This document shows, one piece after another, positions 11,145 through 21,974 of a DNA stretch of 64,000 bases. The translations under genes were made by a program, and so were the position numbers. The stretch is from the NCBI GenBank assembly GCA_965544465.1, contig CBEUNJ010000001.1, positions 12,316 to 76,315 of the forward strand, read 5' to 3'. This stretch comes from an uncultured Chlorobaculum sp. (GTDB taxonomy: Bacteria; Bacteroidota; Chlorobiia; Chlorobiales; Chlorobiaceae). The notes beneath the pieces are model-generated. The model was given only the letters and a program-made list of their open reading frames with translations, made no database searches and was not told the DNA's origin. Every line of letters starts with the position of its first letter. The first letter of the stretch is position 1.

Positions 11145-11672
11145 TCAGGCTTTCCGGGAACCCTTCGCGACTCCCAACACAAGAAAAATCACCCCGACAA
11201 ACAGCGACGCAGCAAGTCCTGCCGCGATGTTCAGCCCCGCCGCAACAACAACGCTTTTGACGCTGAAGCCCACCGCCGTCCCGACAAGAGGCGAGCTCAG
11301 AGCATAAGCAAACGCTGTCAAGACTGTGAACAGAGAGCTGGTAGCGATGCTGGCCGCGAATGAAACAAAACGCTGTTCACGCTGTCCTGCCCGAACCGCT
11401 TTTTCGCGCGCCCTCTGCTTTTGCCAGTCTGGATCGAGTCGGCTTTGTATCGCCATGGCCGAAAGCGCAACAACCAACAGCGCAGGCACATACATTGCAT
11501 AGACTCTCAACGTCTGAGCAATATCCGGACTGAAGACACCTCCATCGTACCAGATCGACGTTTTGGTGAGTATCCAGCTTGAGGTAGCGAAAAAGACGCT
11601 TCCCCACAGTAAGGTGATCAGAATCCAGGTCCAGATCGATTGCGGAGGGGATTTTTTCGTTGATGAGCTCAT
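11145..11672 (-). CDS. hypothetical membrane protein (about 4 TM)
   Basis: 175-aa ORF with alternating hydrophobic helices and a charged loop; ends at a terminator. Confidence 0.7.
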   Translation of the reverse strand: MSSSTKKSPPQSIWTWILITLLWGSVFFATSSWILTKTSIWYDGGVFSPDIAQTLRVYAMYVPALLVVALSAMAIQSRLDPDWQKQRAREKAVRAGQREQRFVSFAASIATSSLFTVLTAFAYALSSPLVGTAVGFSVKSVVVAAGLNIAAGLAASLFVGVIFLVLGVAKGSRKA

Positions 11673-12013
11673 TGGGGAGATGCGTTACGTTGTATGATTG
11701 TTCGTGTTCGTCTGCTTACAACGGCGGAGAGGCTTATTCCATTCCGGGCGACGCGCTTCAGCCAGCTCGTTCTCTGCCCTGCCATCCAGTGCGAGCGTTA
11801 GCGCAACCTAAGGAGACCAGCCTGAACAAATGATAAAATGGCAACTCGAAAATCCGGAAAACGCAAGTCATCGAAACAGGATAGCGCTCATGAGCAGCAT
11901 GGTTGTGAGCATCCCCTTGTTCTCTTTCATGGTTTTTATGTTTCCCCTTGATATATTAGCCTCACTTGCCGCTGGACGGCAAAGATTTTACACAATCTCA
12001 AGATTCGATCGAT

Positions 12014-13507
12014 ATGTGCGGAGTTTTCGGCATTTTCAACTCAAAAACTCCCGCTGAAGATACCTTTTACGGTCTCTACTCGCTGCAACACCGAGGACAG
12101 GAGGCGGCAGGTATTGTGGTTGCCGATTACAACAAGGCAAAAAAAAAGACTCTGTTCAAGCAGCATAAAGGGCCTGGCCTGGTGTCCGAGGTGTTCAGGG
12201 ACGAGCAGATTTTCGAGAACCTCAGCGGATACGCGGCCATCGGCCACAACCGCTACTCGACGACTGGCGCTTCCAAATCGAACAACAACATCCAGCCCTT
12301 CTCCCTCACCTACCGCTCCGGCAACCTCGCCATCGGCCACAACGGAAACCTCACCAATGCACGATCGCTTCGCAAGGAGCTGACCGAACAGGGCGTCATT
12401 TTCCAGGCTTCGTCCGATACCGAAATCATTCCACATTTGGCGGCAAGGAGCAAGGAAAAAGAGCCGCTCCACCAGATTTATGACGCCTTGCAGCAGGTCG
12501 AAGGCGCTTTTTCGATTGTCATTCTGGCCAACAACCAGCTCATCGCCGCGCGAGATCCGTACGGAGTGCGCCCCCTGGCGCTTGGCAAGAAAATCGATCC
12601 CGCCACCGGCGAACTGGCCTACGTGGTAGCCAGCGAAACCTGCGCATTCGACATCATCAAAGCGGAATATATCCGCGACATCGCGCCGGGCGAGATTCTG
12701 TTGATCGACCACTTGGCAGTGGAGAACGAAAAGCCAATTTCGCTCTACCTTCCGCCGGTCGAGCGCAAGGCTCGCTGCATCTTCGAGTATGTCTATTTCG
12801 CCCGCCCGGACAGCTTCATTTTCCAGAACTCAGTGGACAAGGTACGCCGCAATCTCGGCAAGAATCTGGCCCGCGAATCGACCATCGAACGGCATCAGAA
12901 AGACAAGGAGCTGGCTGTAGTCAGCGTGCCGGACTCTTCGAACACCGCAGCGCTCGGCTTCGTACGCGAAAGCAACAGAATCGGCAAGCCTGCGCGCTTC
13001 GAGCACGGGCTGATCCGCAACCACTACGTTGGCCGCACCTTTATCCAGCCTGGCATCCAGAGCCGAGAAATCAAGGTGCGCTCCAAATACAACATTGTGC
13101 GCGGCGTCATACAGGGCCGCCCGATCATTCTCGTCGATGACTCGATCGTGCGCGGCACAACGGCCAAGATGCTCATCAAGCTGGTGCGTGAGGCCAATCC
13201 GAAGGAGATTCACCTGCATATCAGCTCGCCACCAATCACCAATCCCTGCTTTTACGGCATGGACTTCCCTTCCAAGCGTCAACTGCTGACGCACATGTTC
13301 GGCGATACGGAGGACGAGCTTGGAAACATCGAAAAAATCAGGGACTACATCGGCGTTGATTCACTCCGCTACCTGACAATGGAAGGTCTGATGAACAGCG
13401 TTCCCGATTTCGATGACGAAGAGTGCAGCTACTGCACCGCTTGCTTCAGCGGGAATTATCCGATTCCGATCACCGACGCCACGACCGACAAGGAGGAGAA
13501 CGACTAA
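12014..13507 (+). CDS. purF: amidophosphoribosyltransferase (Fe-S type)
   Basis: MCGVFG with catalytic Cys, QHRGQE, GHNRYST, HNGNL, VDDSIVRGTT; Fe-S ligands CIFE, PCFYG, CSYCTAC. Confidence 0.97.
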   Translation: MCGVFGIFNSKTPAEDTFYGLYSLQHRGQEAAGIVVADYNKAKKKTLFKQHKGPGLVSEVFRDEQIFENLSGYAAIGHNRYSTTGASKSNNNIQPFSLTYRSGNLAIGHNGNLTNARSLRKELTEQGVIFQASSDTEIIPHLAARSKEKEPLHQIYDALQQVEGAFSIVILANNQLIAARDPYGVRPLALGKKIDPATGELAYVVASETCAFDIIKAEYIRDIAPGEILLIDHLAVENEKPISLYLPPVERKARCIFEYVYFARPDSFIFQNSVDKVRRNLGKNLARESTIERHQKDKELAVVSVPDSSNTAALGFVRESNRIGKPARFEHGLIRNHYVGRTFIQPGIQSREIKVRSKYNIVRGVIQGRPIILVDDSIVRGTTAKMLIKLVREANPKEIHLHISSPPITNPCFYGMDFPSKRQLLTHMFGDTEDELGNIEKIRDYIGVDSLRYLTMEGLMNSVPDFDDEECSYCTACFSGNYPIPITDATTDKEEND

Positions 13508-13550
13508 GCATCACCGTCCTGCCGCGAAAACAACGGCGTTACGAGCACAA

Positions 13551-13586
13551 AAAAAAGCCGCCCGGTCAATCCGGAGCGGCTTTTTT
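13551..13586. terminator. bidirectional intrinsic terminator (purF/ugd)
   Basis: AAAAAAGCCGC-CCGG-tcaat-CCGG-a-GCGGCTTTTTT. Confidence 0.85.
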
Positions 13587-13657
13587 CGCTTATCTAACAA
13601 GGTGCTCAAGCAAGCATCCATCAAGCCATGAAGAGGCGCTAACGAGACACTGATCGA

Positions 13658-14827
13658 TCAGGCATCGTGGCCAAACAGGTCGCGGGTATAGACTTTATCG
13701 GCAACGTCTTCAAGTTCAGCGGTCTTGCGGTTGGCGATAATCACGTCCGACTGCTGCTTGAACGCCTCCAGATCGTTAAGCACACGCGAGTGGTAGAACT
13801 CCTGTTCGGTCATCACCGGTTCGTAGATGATCACCTCGATGCCCTTGGCCTTGATACGCTTCATGATGCCCTGAATGCTCGATGCGCGGAAGTTGTCCGA
13901 CCCCGCCTTCATGATCAGACGATAGACACCAACCACCTTCGGGCTGCGCTGGATGATGCTGTCGGCGATGAAATCCTTGCGCGTCGCGTTGGACTCGACG
14001 ATGGCGTTGATGAGGTTCTGCGGTACGTCCCGATAGTTTGCCAAGAGCTGCTTGGTGTCTTTCGGCAAGCAGTAGCCACCGTAGCCGAACGAGGGGTTGT
14101 TGTAATGAGAGCCGATGCGCGGATCGAGCCCGACCCCTTCGATGATGTGGCGGGTATCGAGCCCATGCTTGGCGGCGTAAGTGTCGAGCTCGTTGAAGTA
14201 GGCTACGCGCATGGCGAGGTAAGTATTCGAGAAGAGCTTGACCGCCTCGGCCTCCGTGCTGTCGGTGAAAAGCACCGGAATATCCTCCTTGATTGCCCCT
14301 TCGCGCAGAAGGTTGGCGAAGGTCTCCGCCCGCTCCGAACGCTCGCCGACGATGATGCGCGAAGGGTAGAGGTTATCGTGCAGCGCCTTGCCCTCGCGCA
14401 GGAACTCGGGCGAAAAGAGCAGGTTATTGCACCCCATCTCCTCGCGGGTTTGGGCTGTGTAGCCGACGGGAATGGTGGACTTGATGACCATCACCGCTTC
14501 CGGATTGATCGCCATGACATCGCGGATGACCGACTCGACCGAGCGGGTGTTGAAATAGTTGGTTTCGACGTCGTAGTCGGTCGGCGTGGCGATCACCACG
14601 AAATCCGCACCGACATAGGCATCCTCCTTGTCGAGCGTGGCGCGGAGATTCAGCACTTTGTTGGCCAGAAAATCCTCAATCTCGGTATCGACAATCGGCG
14701 ACTTGCGATTGTTGATCATTTCAACCTTTTCAGCAACGATGTCCAGAGCCACAACTTCATGATGCTGAGCCAAAAGGCAGGCGATGGACAAACCGACGTA
14801 ACCGGTTCCGGCAATGGCAATCTTCAT
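13658..14827 (-). CDS. ugd: UDP-glucose 6-dehydrogenase (short Ugd/HasB type)
   Basis: [49 protein letters not shown]. Confidence 0.93.
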   Translation of the reverse strand: MKIAIAGTGYVGLSIACLLAQHHEVVALDIVAEKVEMINNRKSPIVDTEIEDFLANKVLNLRATLDKEDAYVGADFVVIATPTDYDVETNYFNTRSVESVIRDVMAINPEAVMVIKSTIPVGYTAQTREEMGCNNLLFSPEFLREGKALHDNLYPSRIIVGERSERAETFANLLREGAIKEDIPVLFTDSTEAEAVKLFSNTYLAMRVAYFNELDTYAAKHGLDTRHIIEGVGLDPRIGSHYNNPSFGYGGYCLPKDTKQLLANYRDVPQNLINAIVESNATRKDFIADSIIQRSPKVVGVYRLIMKAGSDNFRASSIQGIMKRIKAKGIEVIIYEPVMTEQEFYHSRVLNDLEAFKQQSDVIIANRKTAELEDVADKVYTRDLFGHDA

Positions 14828-15069
14828 AAATCAAGCGGATAAATATTGTACTCTCCAAAAAATTCCGGGCTTGGCGCCCCTGACTCAACGAGTTCGAAAC
14901 AACAGTAACCGTCAACAAGAGAAAAAAACGGAAGCAAACCAAGCTCGTTAACACGTTCCTGAAAAAGCGCGGAAAGCCTCTTTTTTCACCGTTGCCACAA
15001 CGCGAAAAAGCCGCCTTTTATGGCAGCCCTTCAACACGTGTCGATGCTCCGGAACGTCCACCTTCCCCG

Positions 15070-15513
15070 TTATTTCTTGGCCTGCTTGAACTCGATCCTG
15101 ACCGAGGTGTGCGGCACGGCTTCAAGGCGCTTCTTGGGAATCGGCTTGCCCGATTTGGTGCAGATGCCGTAGGTTTTGTTGCGGATGCGATCGAGCGCCT
15201 GGTCGATGTAGTGCAGATATTTTTCGTCACGGGCGATGAACATGAAGCGCTGCTCACGATCCATCGTTTCGGTACCGTGATCGGCCATGTGCATCGAATA
15301 GTTCGAGTTGATCGAGTCCTCGACACTCTCTTCTGACAAAGAGGAACGAAGAATATCGAGGTCGCGCAGAACCTCTTGACGACGTTTCAGCAGAATCTGC
15401 CTGAAGTGTTCGAGTTCCTCATCACTCAGGTAGGTTCTGATCACTCTCGTCGGCTCCGAAGGCTCGGCGACGCCTGCCTTGGCGGTGCTGGTTTTCTTCG
15501 ACATGCTGCTCAT
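15070..15513 (-). CDS. dksA: TraR/DksA family transcription factor
   Basis: Coiled coil with HMADHGT tip, IDQALDRI....YGIC...G..I...RL.AVP. Confidence 0.85.
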   Translation of the reverse strand: MSSMSKKTSTAKAGVAEPSEPTRVIRTYLSDEELEHFRQILLKRRQEVLRDLDILRSSLSEESVEDSINSNYSMHMADHGTETMDREQRFMFIARDEKYLHYIDQALDRIRNKTYGICTKSGKPIPKKRLEAVPHTSVRIEFKQAKK

Positions 15514-15567
15514 AGGTTAGAGGTTCCAACGGTAAACCGTAAAAAAACTGAGATATGAATTATAACA

Positions 15568-18500
15568 TCATAATCCGGATTTTTCAAGTGCCAGCTCACA
15601 CTCAAGCTCGTTGATCGCGTAGGAGACACCGGGCTTCGATGACGGACAGTTCAGCTCAACAGCCAGCGTCTCCTCCATGATATAGGCTTCGTATTGACGG
15701 ATAGTGGCAGCAAGCTTGCCGGAAGCGTTGACATGCAGCACGATCCGATCTGTGATTTCGAGCCCACTCTCCTTGCGGATGGTCTGGATTTTGCTCACCA
15801 GCTCGCGCGCCAGCCCCATCAGCTCCAGCTCTTCGGTGATCTCCGTGTCGAGCGCCACCATGATGCGGTGCGCCTCGTCGGCCGCCACGAGCCAACCCTC
15901 GATATCCTCGTGTACGATATCCACATCGTCCCGTTCGATCTTAACCATGCGTCCGTCGAGGTCGATCTCGATCTGGCCAGCCTCTTCGAGCCGAGCGATC
16001 TGCTTGTGGCTCATGAGCCTGATACGCTCGGCCAGCGCCTTCATATCCTTGCCAAAGCGTGGGCCGAGGGTCTTGAAGTTGGGCTTGGCCTTTTTGCTGA
16101 TGACCGATCCCTCTTCATCCTCGACGTACTCGATCTTCTGGACGTTGACCTCCTCGCGAATAATGTCCGCAACCAGCTCGTAGGCGGCGCGCGAACCGGG
16201 TTCGGCGGCGGCGAGCAGGATGCGCTTGAGCGGCTGGCGCACCTTGATGGTCGCCTTCTCGCGCATGGTGCGCACCAGTGACGTAATGATCTGCGCCTTC
16301 TTCATCCGCTCTTCGAGCGCGGCATCGATGCAGGCGTCGTCGGCAACTGGCCAGTCGACCAAGTGCACCGATTCAGCTTTCGAAGTCCCGCCGACGCTCT
16401 TGAGGTCGAGCCAGATTTTTTCAGCGATGAAGGGCGCGAACGGAGCCATCAGCTTCGAGAGTGTTTCAAGCACCGTAGCGAGCGTCTGATAAGCCGAGAG
16501 CTTGTCCGGCCCCATCTCCCCTTTCCAGAAGCGCTTGCGCGAGCGGCGAATATACCAGTTCGAGAGGTCATTAACGGTGAAGTCGCCGATGAGTCGGCTC
16601 GCGCCGGTCAGGTCGTAGTTCTCCATGCGGCGCGTCACTTCTGAGACCAGCGTGTTCAGGCTGGAGAGCACCCAGCGGTCGAGCTCCGAGCGCTGCGCAA
16701 ACGGAATGGCGGCCTCTTCGTTCCGGAAGCCATCGACGTTGGCGTAGAGCACGAAGAAGTTGTAGCTGTTGATGAAGGCGCGGAAGAACTTGCGCTGCTC
16801 CTCTTCGATTTCAGCAGCGTTGAAGAGCTTCGGGCGCCACGGCGGGCTGGTAATCATCAGGTACCAGCGGATGGCGTCCGCGCCGTACTGCTCCATCGAC
16901 TCGAACGGATCGACCACGTTGCCCTTCGATTTGGACATCTTCTGCCCCTTTTTGTCGAGGATGTGGCCGTTGACGATCAGGTTCCGGTAAGCCGGACGGT
17001 CAAAGATGAGCGTGGCGATGGCGTGGAGCGTGTAGAACCAACCGCGTGTCTGATCGACCCCTTCGGCGATGAAGTCCGCCGGGAAGGTTTTATCAAACAG
17101 CTCCTTGTTCTCGAAGGGATAGTGGAGCTGGGCAAAGGGCATCGAGCCGCTATCGAACCAGACGTCGATCAGCTCCGGCGTGCGGTTGAAGCGCTTGCCG
17201 TCACGGATGAAGTAGATGCGATCAACGAACGGCTTGTGCAAATCGAGTTCGACGAGTCCCTTGTCGAGCGCATCGCCGAGGTTCATCTCTTCGCCGTCGA
17301 TTTCGATGAAGCCGTCGCGGAGTTCAGCGACCGAACCGACCGCGAAGAGCTTGCCGGAGTCGGAGCCGTCGCCGATCTTGAAATCTGCGGCAACCCACAC
17401 CGGCAGCGGCGTGCCCCAGAAGCGCTCGCGGGAGAGCGCCCAGTCCTTGTTCTCTTCGAGCCAGTTGCCAAAGCGCCCCGCTCCGATTTCAGAAGGATTC
17501 CAGTTAATCGTCTTGTTGAGTTCGACCATGCGCGGCGCGATGTCGGTGGTGCGGATGTACCACGACTCGCGGGCGTAGTAGATCACCGGCACGTCGTAGC
17601 GCCATGAGAATGGGTAGGTGTGCTGGATTGTCTCGCGGCGATAGAGCTTGCCCTCCTCCTTGAGCCGCTGCATGATCGGCTTGTCGGCCTCCTTGAAAAA
17701 CATCCCCTCGTAGTCAGGAACTTCGGCGGTGAAGCAACCGTTACGCGCCACCGGCTGAAGCATCGGAAGCTGGTACTGCTTCGACAGCTCGTAGTCATCC
17801 GCGCCGAACGCCGGAGCGATATGCACGATGCCGGTACCGTCGCCAGTCGAAACGAAGTCGCCGCACGCCACGTACCAGCCACGGCGATCCGGCGAGAAGT
17901 AGTTGAAGAGCGGCTCGTAGTCGCGCCCTTCGAGGTCGCTACCTTTGCAGCAGTCGATGACTTCCCACGCCGATTCGTCACCGATCTTATCGGTCAGCAC
18001 CGACAGGCGCAATTTGGCAAGAATCAGCACTTCGCCGGTTTCGCGATGCTTGACGCGCACGTACTCGATGTCGCGACCAACGGCAAGCGCTACGTTGGAA
18101 ATGAGTGTCCACGGTGTGGTCGTCCAGACGAGCATGCTCTCGTCGGAATCCTTCAGGCGGAATTTGATGTAAACACTCGGATCCTGCACCTCCTTGTAGC
18201 CAAGCGCCAGCTCGTGCGAGCTGAGCACCGTCTCGGACTTCGGATCCTGCGGCACGATCTTGTAATCTTTGTAGATCAGCCCCTTGTCGAAAATGGTCTT
18301 GAGCGCCCACCAGACCGACTCGATATAATTATTATCGCAGGTGATGTACGGGCTGTCCATATCGACCCAGTAGCCCATGCGCTCGGTGAGCTTTCCCCAC
18401 CCCTCGCGATTGTCGTCAATGTGGTGATAGACCAGCGAGCGCGCCTCGCGGTTGAACTCGCCAACGCCGTACTCCTCGACATGCGACTTGTTCTTCAGGC

Positions 18501-18810
18501 CGAGCTTCTTCTCGACCGAGATTTCGACCGGCAGACCATGCGTGTCCCAACCAGCCTTGCGCGGCACCTGGTAGCCCTGCATGGCGTGGTAGCGACAGAC
18601 CACATCCTTGATGGTGCGGCTGAACAGGTGGTGCACGCCGGGCTTGCCATTCACCGTCGGCGGGCCTTCGTAGAAGGAGTAGATGCCCTTGGGCGCATCC
18701 TTTTCAAGGCTCTTCCTGAAGATGTTCCGTTCGATCCAGAACTCGCGGATATGGCTCTCCATGGCGCTGTACGAAAGACTGGACGGGTACTCGGGATAGG
18801 TGTCGGGCAT
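15568..18810 (-). CDS. ileS: isoleucine--tRNA ligase (type 2)
   Basis: [61 protein letters not shown]; start at MPDTYP. Confidence 0.97.
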   Translation of the reverse strand: MPDTYPEYPSSLSYSAMESHIREFWIERNIFRKSLEKDAPKGIYSFYEGPPTVNGKPGVHHLFSRTIKDVVCRYHAMQGYQVPRKAGWDTHGLPVEISVEKKLGLKNKSHVEEYGVGEFNREARSLVYHHIDDNREGWGKLTERMGYWVDMDSPYITCDNNYIESVWWALKTIFDKGLIYKDYKIVPQDPKSETVLSSHELALGYKEVQDPSVYIKFRLKDSDESMLVWTTTPWTLISNVALAVGRDIEYVRVKHRETGEVLILAKLRLSVLTDKIGDESAWEVIDCCKGSDLEGRDYEPLFNYFSPDRRGWYVACGDFVSTGDGTGIVHIAPAFGADDYELSKQYQLPMLQPVARNGCFTAEVPDYEGMFFKEADKPIMQRLKEEGKLYRRETIQHTYPFSWRYDVPVIYYARESWYIRTTDIAPRMVELNKTINWNPSEIGAGRFGNWLEENKDWALSRERFWGTPLPVWVAADFKIGDGSDSGKLFAVGSVAELRDGFIEIDGEEMNLGDALDKGLVELDLHKPFVDRIYFIRDGKRFNRTPELIDVWFDSGSMPFAQLHYPFENKELFDKTFPADFIAEGVDQTRGWFYTLHAIATLIFDRPAYRNLIVNGHILDKKGQKMSKSKGNVVDPFESMEQYGADAIRWYLMITSPPWRPKLFNAAEIEEEQRKFFRAFINSYNFFVLYANVDGFRNEEAAIPFAQRSELDRWVLSSLNTLVSEVTRRMENYDLTGASRLIGDFTVNDLSNWYIRRSRKRFWKGEMGPDKLSAYQTLATVLETLSKLMAPFAPFIAEKIWLDLKSVGGTSKAESVHLVDWPVADDACIDAALEERMKKAQIITSLVRTMREKATIKVRQPLKRILLAAAEPGSRAAYELVADIIREEVNVQKIEYVEDEEGSVISKKAKPNFKTLGPRFGKDMKALAERIRLMSHKQIARLEEAGQIEIDLDGRMVKIERDDVDIVHEDIEGWLVAADEAHRIMVALDTEITEELELMGLARELVSKIQTIRKESGLEITDRIVLHVNASGKLAATIRQYEAYIMEETLAVELNCPSSKPGVSYAINELECELALEKSGL

Positions 18811-18903
18811 GGTCGCTGGGAATGTCAAGCTGGAAATATCAAAAGCGGGAAACGGGCCGATCAGCCCTCTCCGCATAAAAGCCTGAATATACGAGAAACG
18901 GCT

Positions 18904-18951
18904 GGAAAAGAGAAAGGCAGGCCATTTCCACTGAAAAAAGACCTGCCTTCT
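18904..18951 (-). terminator. putative terminator after the 73-aa ORF
   Basis: aaggcagg (18914-21) / cctgcctt (18942-49) stem followed on the minus strand by UUUCUCUUUU; large loop. Confidence 0.4.
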
Positions 18952-19015
18952 GAAACCGGATGTTGAGTATGGATCAACAGCTATGGATTCAACAGCGCGA
19001 GAACGCTGCGGAAAT

Positions 19016-19237
19016 TTACTGCTGCTTGTTGTTGTCGCCGAGCGTCGTACTGATGCCGTCGAGAATCTGGTGCGCCACGACCGTCATCGAATCAAGCGCG
19101 GTGGCGACGACCTTGCTCAAGGGCGTTATCGCTCCGTCGAGCATCGTGCCGAGACCGACAAGCATGGTTGCGAAATCACCTTTGACCACATCGCTAACCG
19201 GCTGTCCCTGGTTGGAAGATTTCATTTCTTCAGACAT
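19016..19237 (-). CDS. small amphipathic protein, chlorosome envelope CsmB/F/H-like
   Basis: 73 aa, Ala/Thr/Gly/Val-rich amphipathic helix [18 protein letters not shown]...QILDGISTT; no Trp, Cys or Tyr; fills a gene-sized gap. Confidence 0.6.
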   Translation of the reverse strand: MSEEMKSSNQGQPVSDVVKGDFATMLVGLGTMLDGAITPLSKVVATALDSMTVVAHQILDGISTTLGDNNKQQ

Positions 19238-19378
19238 ATGCTACCGGAATTTTAATTGAAACGTAACTGCTTTTCCCGCAATCTCTCAAAACTTAAACTT
19301 ATCACAATAATCTATGCGATACAAGGTGGCCGCTGTTTTATGAAACTACACAACTACGCATCACCTGCCGACTGCCGC

Positions 19379-20788
19379 TCAAAACCGTCCGTAATGATCG
19401 TCGAAGCGCACAATATCATCCTCGCCGAGATAGCTGCCCGATTGCACCTCGATCAGTTCAAGCGGCTCCTCGCCACGATTTTCGAGGCGGTGACGCGCTT
19501 CAACCGGGATGTAGATCGACTGGTTCTCGACAAGCTCCACCTGCCGCGCCTCGACCGTAATCACCGCGCTGCCCTTGACGACAATCCAATGCTCTGCGCG
19601 CTTGTAATGCAGTTGCAGCGAAAGCGCCGCACCCGGCTTGACCGTGATGCGCTTGACCTTGAAACGATCGCCCTCATCGACGGTTTCATAAGAACCCCAG
19701 GGGCGATAGACCCGCCGGTGAATCAGTGGCTCCTCGCGAGATTCCGAGCGGAGCTGCTCGACGATAGCCTTGACATCCTGCACCCGATCTTTGGAAGCCA
19801 CCAGCACCGCATCGCAGGTTTCAACAACGATATGGTTGTCGAGACCGACCGCCGCAACGAGGCGGCTGGTGGAGTGCAGGTAGCTGTTCTGGACATCGTG
19901 CGCCAGCACATCGCCGCGCATGACATTGCCTTGCGGGTCATGCTCCTGCACCTCCCAAAGCGACGACCACGCGCCGACGTCGTTCCATCCGGCATCCATC
20001 GGCACTAACATGGCTTTCGAGGTCTTTTCCATGACCGCGTAGTCGATCGAATCGGAAGGCGAAGCCTTGAACGCATCAGCATCGAGGCGCAGAAAATCGA
20101 GATCGCACCGCGACTTTTCGAACGCCGTGCGGCACGCGGCAAGCATCGCCGGAGCGTTGGCTTCAAGCTCGGCCAGATAGACGTCAGGCCGGAACAGGAA
20201 CATGCCACTGTTCCAGAAATAGCCGCCCGAAACGAGGTAGCTCTCCGCCCGTTCGCGGGAGGGCTTTTCCACGAATTCGGCCACCGGAAGTGCCGGACCG
20301 CGCGAACCGGAGGTCACCCGAATGTAGCCATACCCCGTCTCCGGCGCGTTCGGCACAATGCCGAAGGTCACCAGATTGCCCTTTTCGGCAGCCTCACGCC
20401 CCGACTCGATCGCATCGGCAAAGGCCTGCCTGTCGCGGATGACATGGTCGGCGGGCATAATGAGCATCAGCGAATCCGGATGTTGTTCGGCCAGCATCAA
20501 CGCCGCTACCGCAGCGGCCGGCGCCGTGTTGCGGCCAACCGGCTCAAGAATGATTGCCTCCTCATCCGCGCCAATCTGCCGAAGCTGCTCGGCCACAAGA
20601 AAGCGGTGCTCGTCGTTGCAAACGCAGCTTACCGGTCCGACGCCCTCGATTGACTGAACCCGGAGCACGGTATCCTGAAGCATGGAGTTATCACCCAGCA
20701 GCGGCAGAAGCTGTTTCGGATACATCGCTCTCGAAAGCGGCCAGAGCCTCGTTCCGGAACCGCCGGAGAGGATGACAGGAAAAATCAT
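19379..20788 (-). CDS. manC: mannose-1-phosphate guanylyltransferase/mannose-6-phosphate isomerase
   Basis: VILSGGSGTRLWPLSR..PKQ, EP.GRNTAPA, FVEKP, WNSGMF, cupin RPWGSY. Confidence 0.95.
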   Translation of the reverse strand: MIFPVILSGGSGTRLWPLSRAMYPKQLLPLLGDNSMLQDTVLRVQSIEGVGPVSCVCNDEHRFLVAEQLRQIGADEEAIILEPVGRNTAPAAAVAALMLAEQHPDSLMLIMPADHVIRDRQAFADAIESGREAAEKGNLVTFGIVPNAPETGYGYIRVTSGSRGPALPVAEFVEKPSRERAESYLVSGGYFWNSGMFLFRPDVYLAELEANAPAMLAACRTAFEKSRCDLDFLRLDADAFKASPSDSIDYAVMEKTSKAMLVPMDAGWNDVGAWSSLWEVQEHDPQGNVMRGDVLAHDVQNSYLHSTSRLVAAVGLDNHIVVETCDAVLVASKDRVQDVKAIVEQLRSESREEPLIHRRVYRPWGSYETVDEGDRFKVKRITVKPGAALSLQLHYKRAEHWIVVKGSAVITVEARQVELVENQSIYIPVEARHRLENRGEEPLELIEVQSGSYLGEDDIVRFDDHYGRF

Positions 20789-20834
20789 TGTGAAAAAATT
20801 TGTAACTGCTTCAATAAAAAACCGTTACCAGACG

Positions 20835-21884
20835 TTACCGGCCCGAATACATCTTTTCGTAATAGTGCTGGTACGCGCCCGAGGTAACCTCGTCGAGCCA
20901 CACCTGATTGTCGAGATACCAGTCCACCGTCTTTTCGAGCCCCTCTTCGAAGGTGACGGACGGCACCCAGCCAAGCTCGCGCTTCAGCTTCGAGGCGTCA
21001 ATGGCGTAACGCAAATCGTGGCCCGCGCGGTCGGTGACGTAGGTGATGAGCTTTTCAGATGCACCCGCCTCGCGGCCAAGCTTGCGATCCATGATGCGGC
21101 AGAGCAGGCGGATCAGATCGATGTTCGTCCACTCGTTGTGCCCGCCGATATTATAGGTTTCGCCCACCGTTCCGCGATGGAAAATCTCGTCGATGGCCCG
21201 CGCGTGGTCAACCACCCAGAGCCAGTCGCGAACGTTCAACCCCGCGCCATAGACCGGCAGGGGCTTTTCGAGACGAATGTTGTTAATGAACAGCGGAATC
21301 AGCTTTTCGGGAAACTGGTGCGAGCCGTAGTTGTTCGAGCAGTTACTGATCACCACCGGAAGGCCGTAGGTGTCGTGGAAGGCGCGGACAAAGTGGTCGG
21401 ACGACGCTTTCGAGGCCGAGTACGGACTGTGCGGATCGTACGGCGTCGTCTCCGAAAACATCCCCTCGCTGCCGAGCGTACCGTACACCTCGTCGGTCGA
21501 GACGTGGTAGAAACGCTTGCCCTCAAACTTGCCATTCCACGTGGCGCGAGCGGCGTTGAGCAGGTTGACCGTACCGAGAACGTTCGAAATCACGAACTCG
21601 ACCGGGCTTTCGATGGAGCGATCCACGTGCGACTCGGCGGCCAGATGAATGAGCGCATCGAACTGCTGCTCTTTGAAAAGACCGAGCAGAAACGGAGCAT
21701 CGGCAATGTCGCCCTTCACGAACCGGTAGTTCGGATTCGATTCGACATCGCGCAGATTGGCCAGATTTCCGGCATAGGTAAGCTTGTCGAGATTGGTGAT
21801 CGTGTAGTCCGGATAGCGATTCAGCAAATGCCTGACGACATGCGAACCAATAAAGCCCGCGCCGCCGGTAATGAGTATGTGCAT
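20835..21884 (-). CDS. rfbB: dTDP-glucose 4,6-dehydratase
   Basis: ITGGAGFIGS, AAESHVDRSI, VSTDEVYG, YSASKA, NCSNNYG. Confidence 0.97.
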   Translation of the reverse strand: MHILITGGAGFIGSHVVRHLLNRYPDYTITNLDKLTYAGNLANLRDVESNPNYRFVKGDIADAPFLLGLFKEQQFDALIHLAAESHVDRSIESPVEFVISNVLGTVNLLNAARATWNGKFEGKRFYHVSTDEVYGTLGSEGMFSETTPYDPHSPYSASKASSDHFVRAFHDTYGLPVVISNCSNNYGSHQFPEKLIPLFINNIRLEKPLPVYGAGLNVRDWLWVVDHARAIDEIFHRGTVGETYNIGGHNEWTNIDLIRLLCRIMDRKLGREAGASEKLITYVTDRAGHDLRYAIDASKLKRELGWVPSVTFEEGLEKTVDWYLDNQVWLDEVTSGAYQHYYEKMYSGR

Positions 21885-21974
21885 AATTTTTAGTGAGTTG
21901 TAGGGGCAATCCCTTGCGGTTGCCCTGTTTGGTCATAGTGCGCAATGCCTTTTAATTCTATAGGTCGGCCCGAT

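Noticed and set aside
11673-12013. 340-bp divergent spacer with a 75-aa plus-strand ORF (11830-12057) and a 20-aa minus-strand ORF; possible purine riboswitch
   Set aside because: No recognisable riboswitch consensus; the ORFs lack motifs and the longer one overlaps purF.
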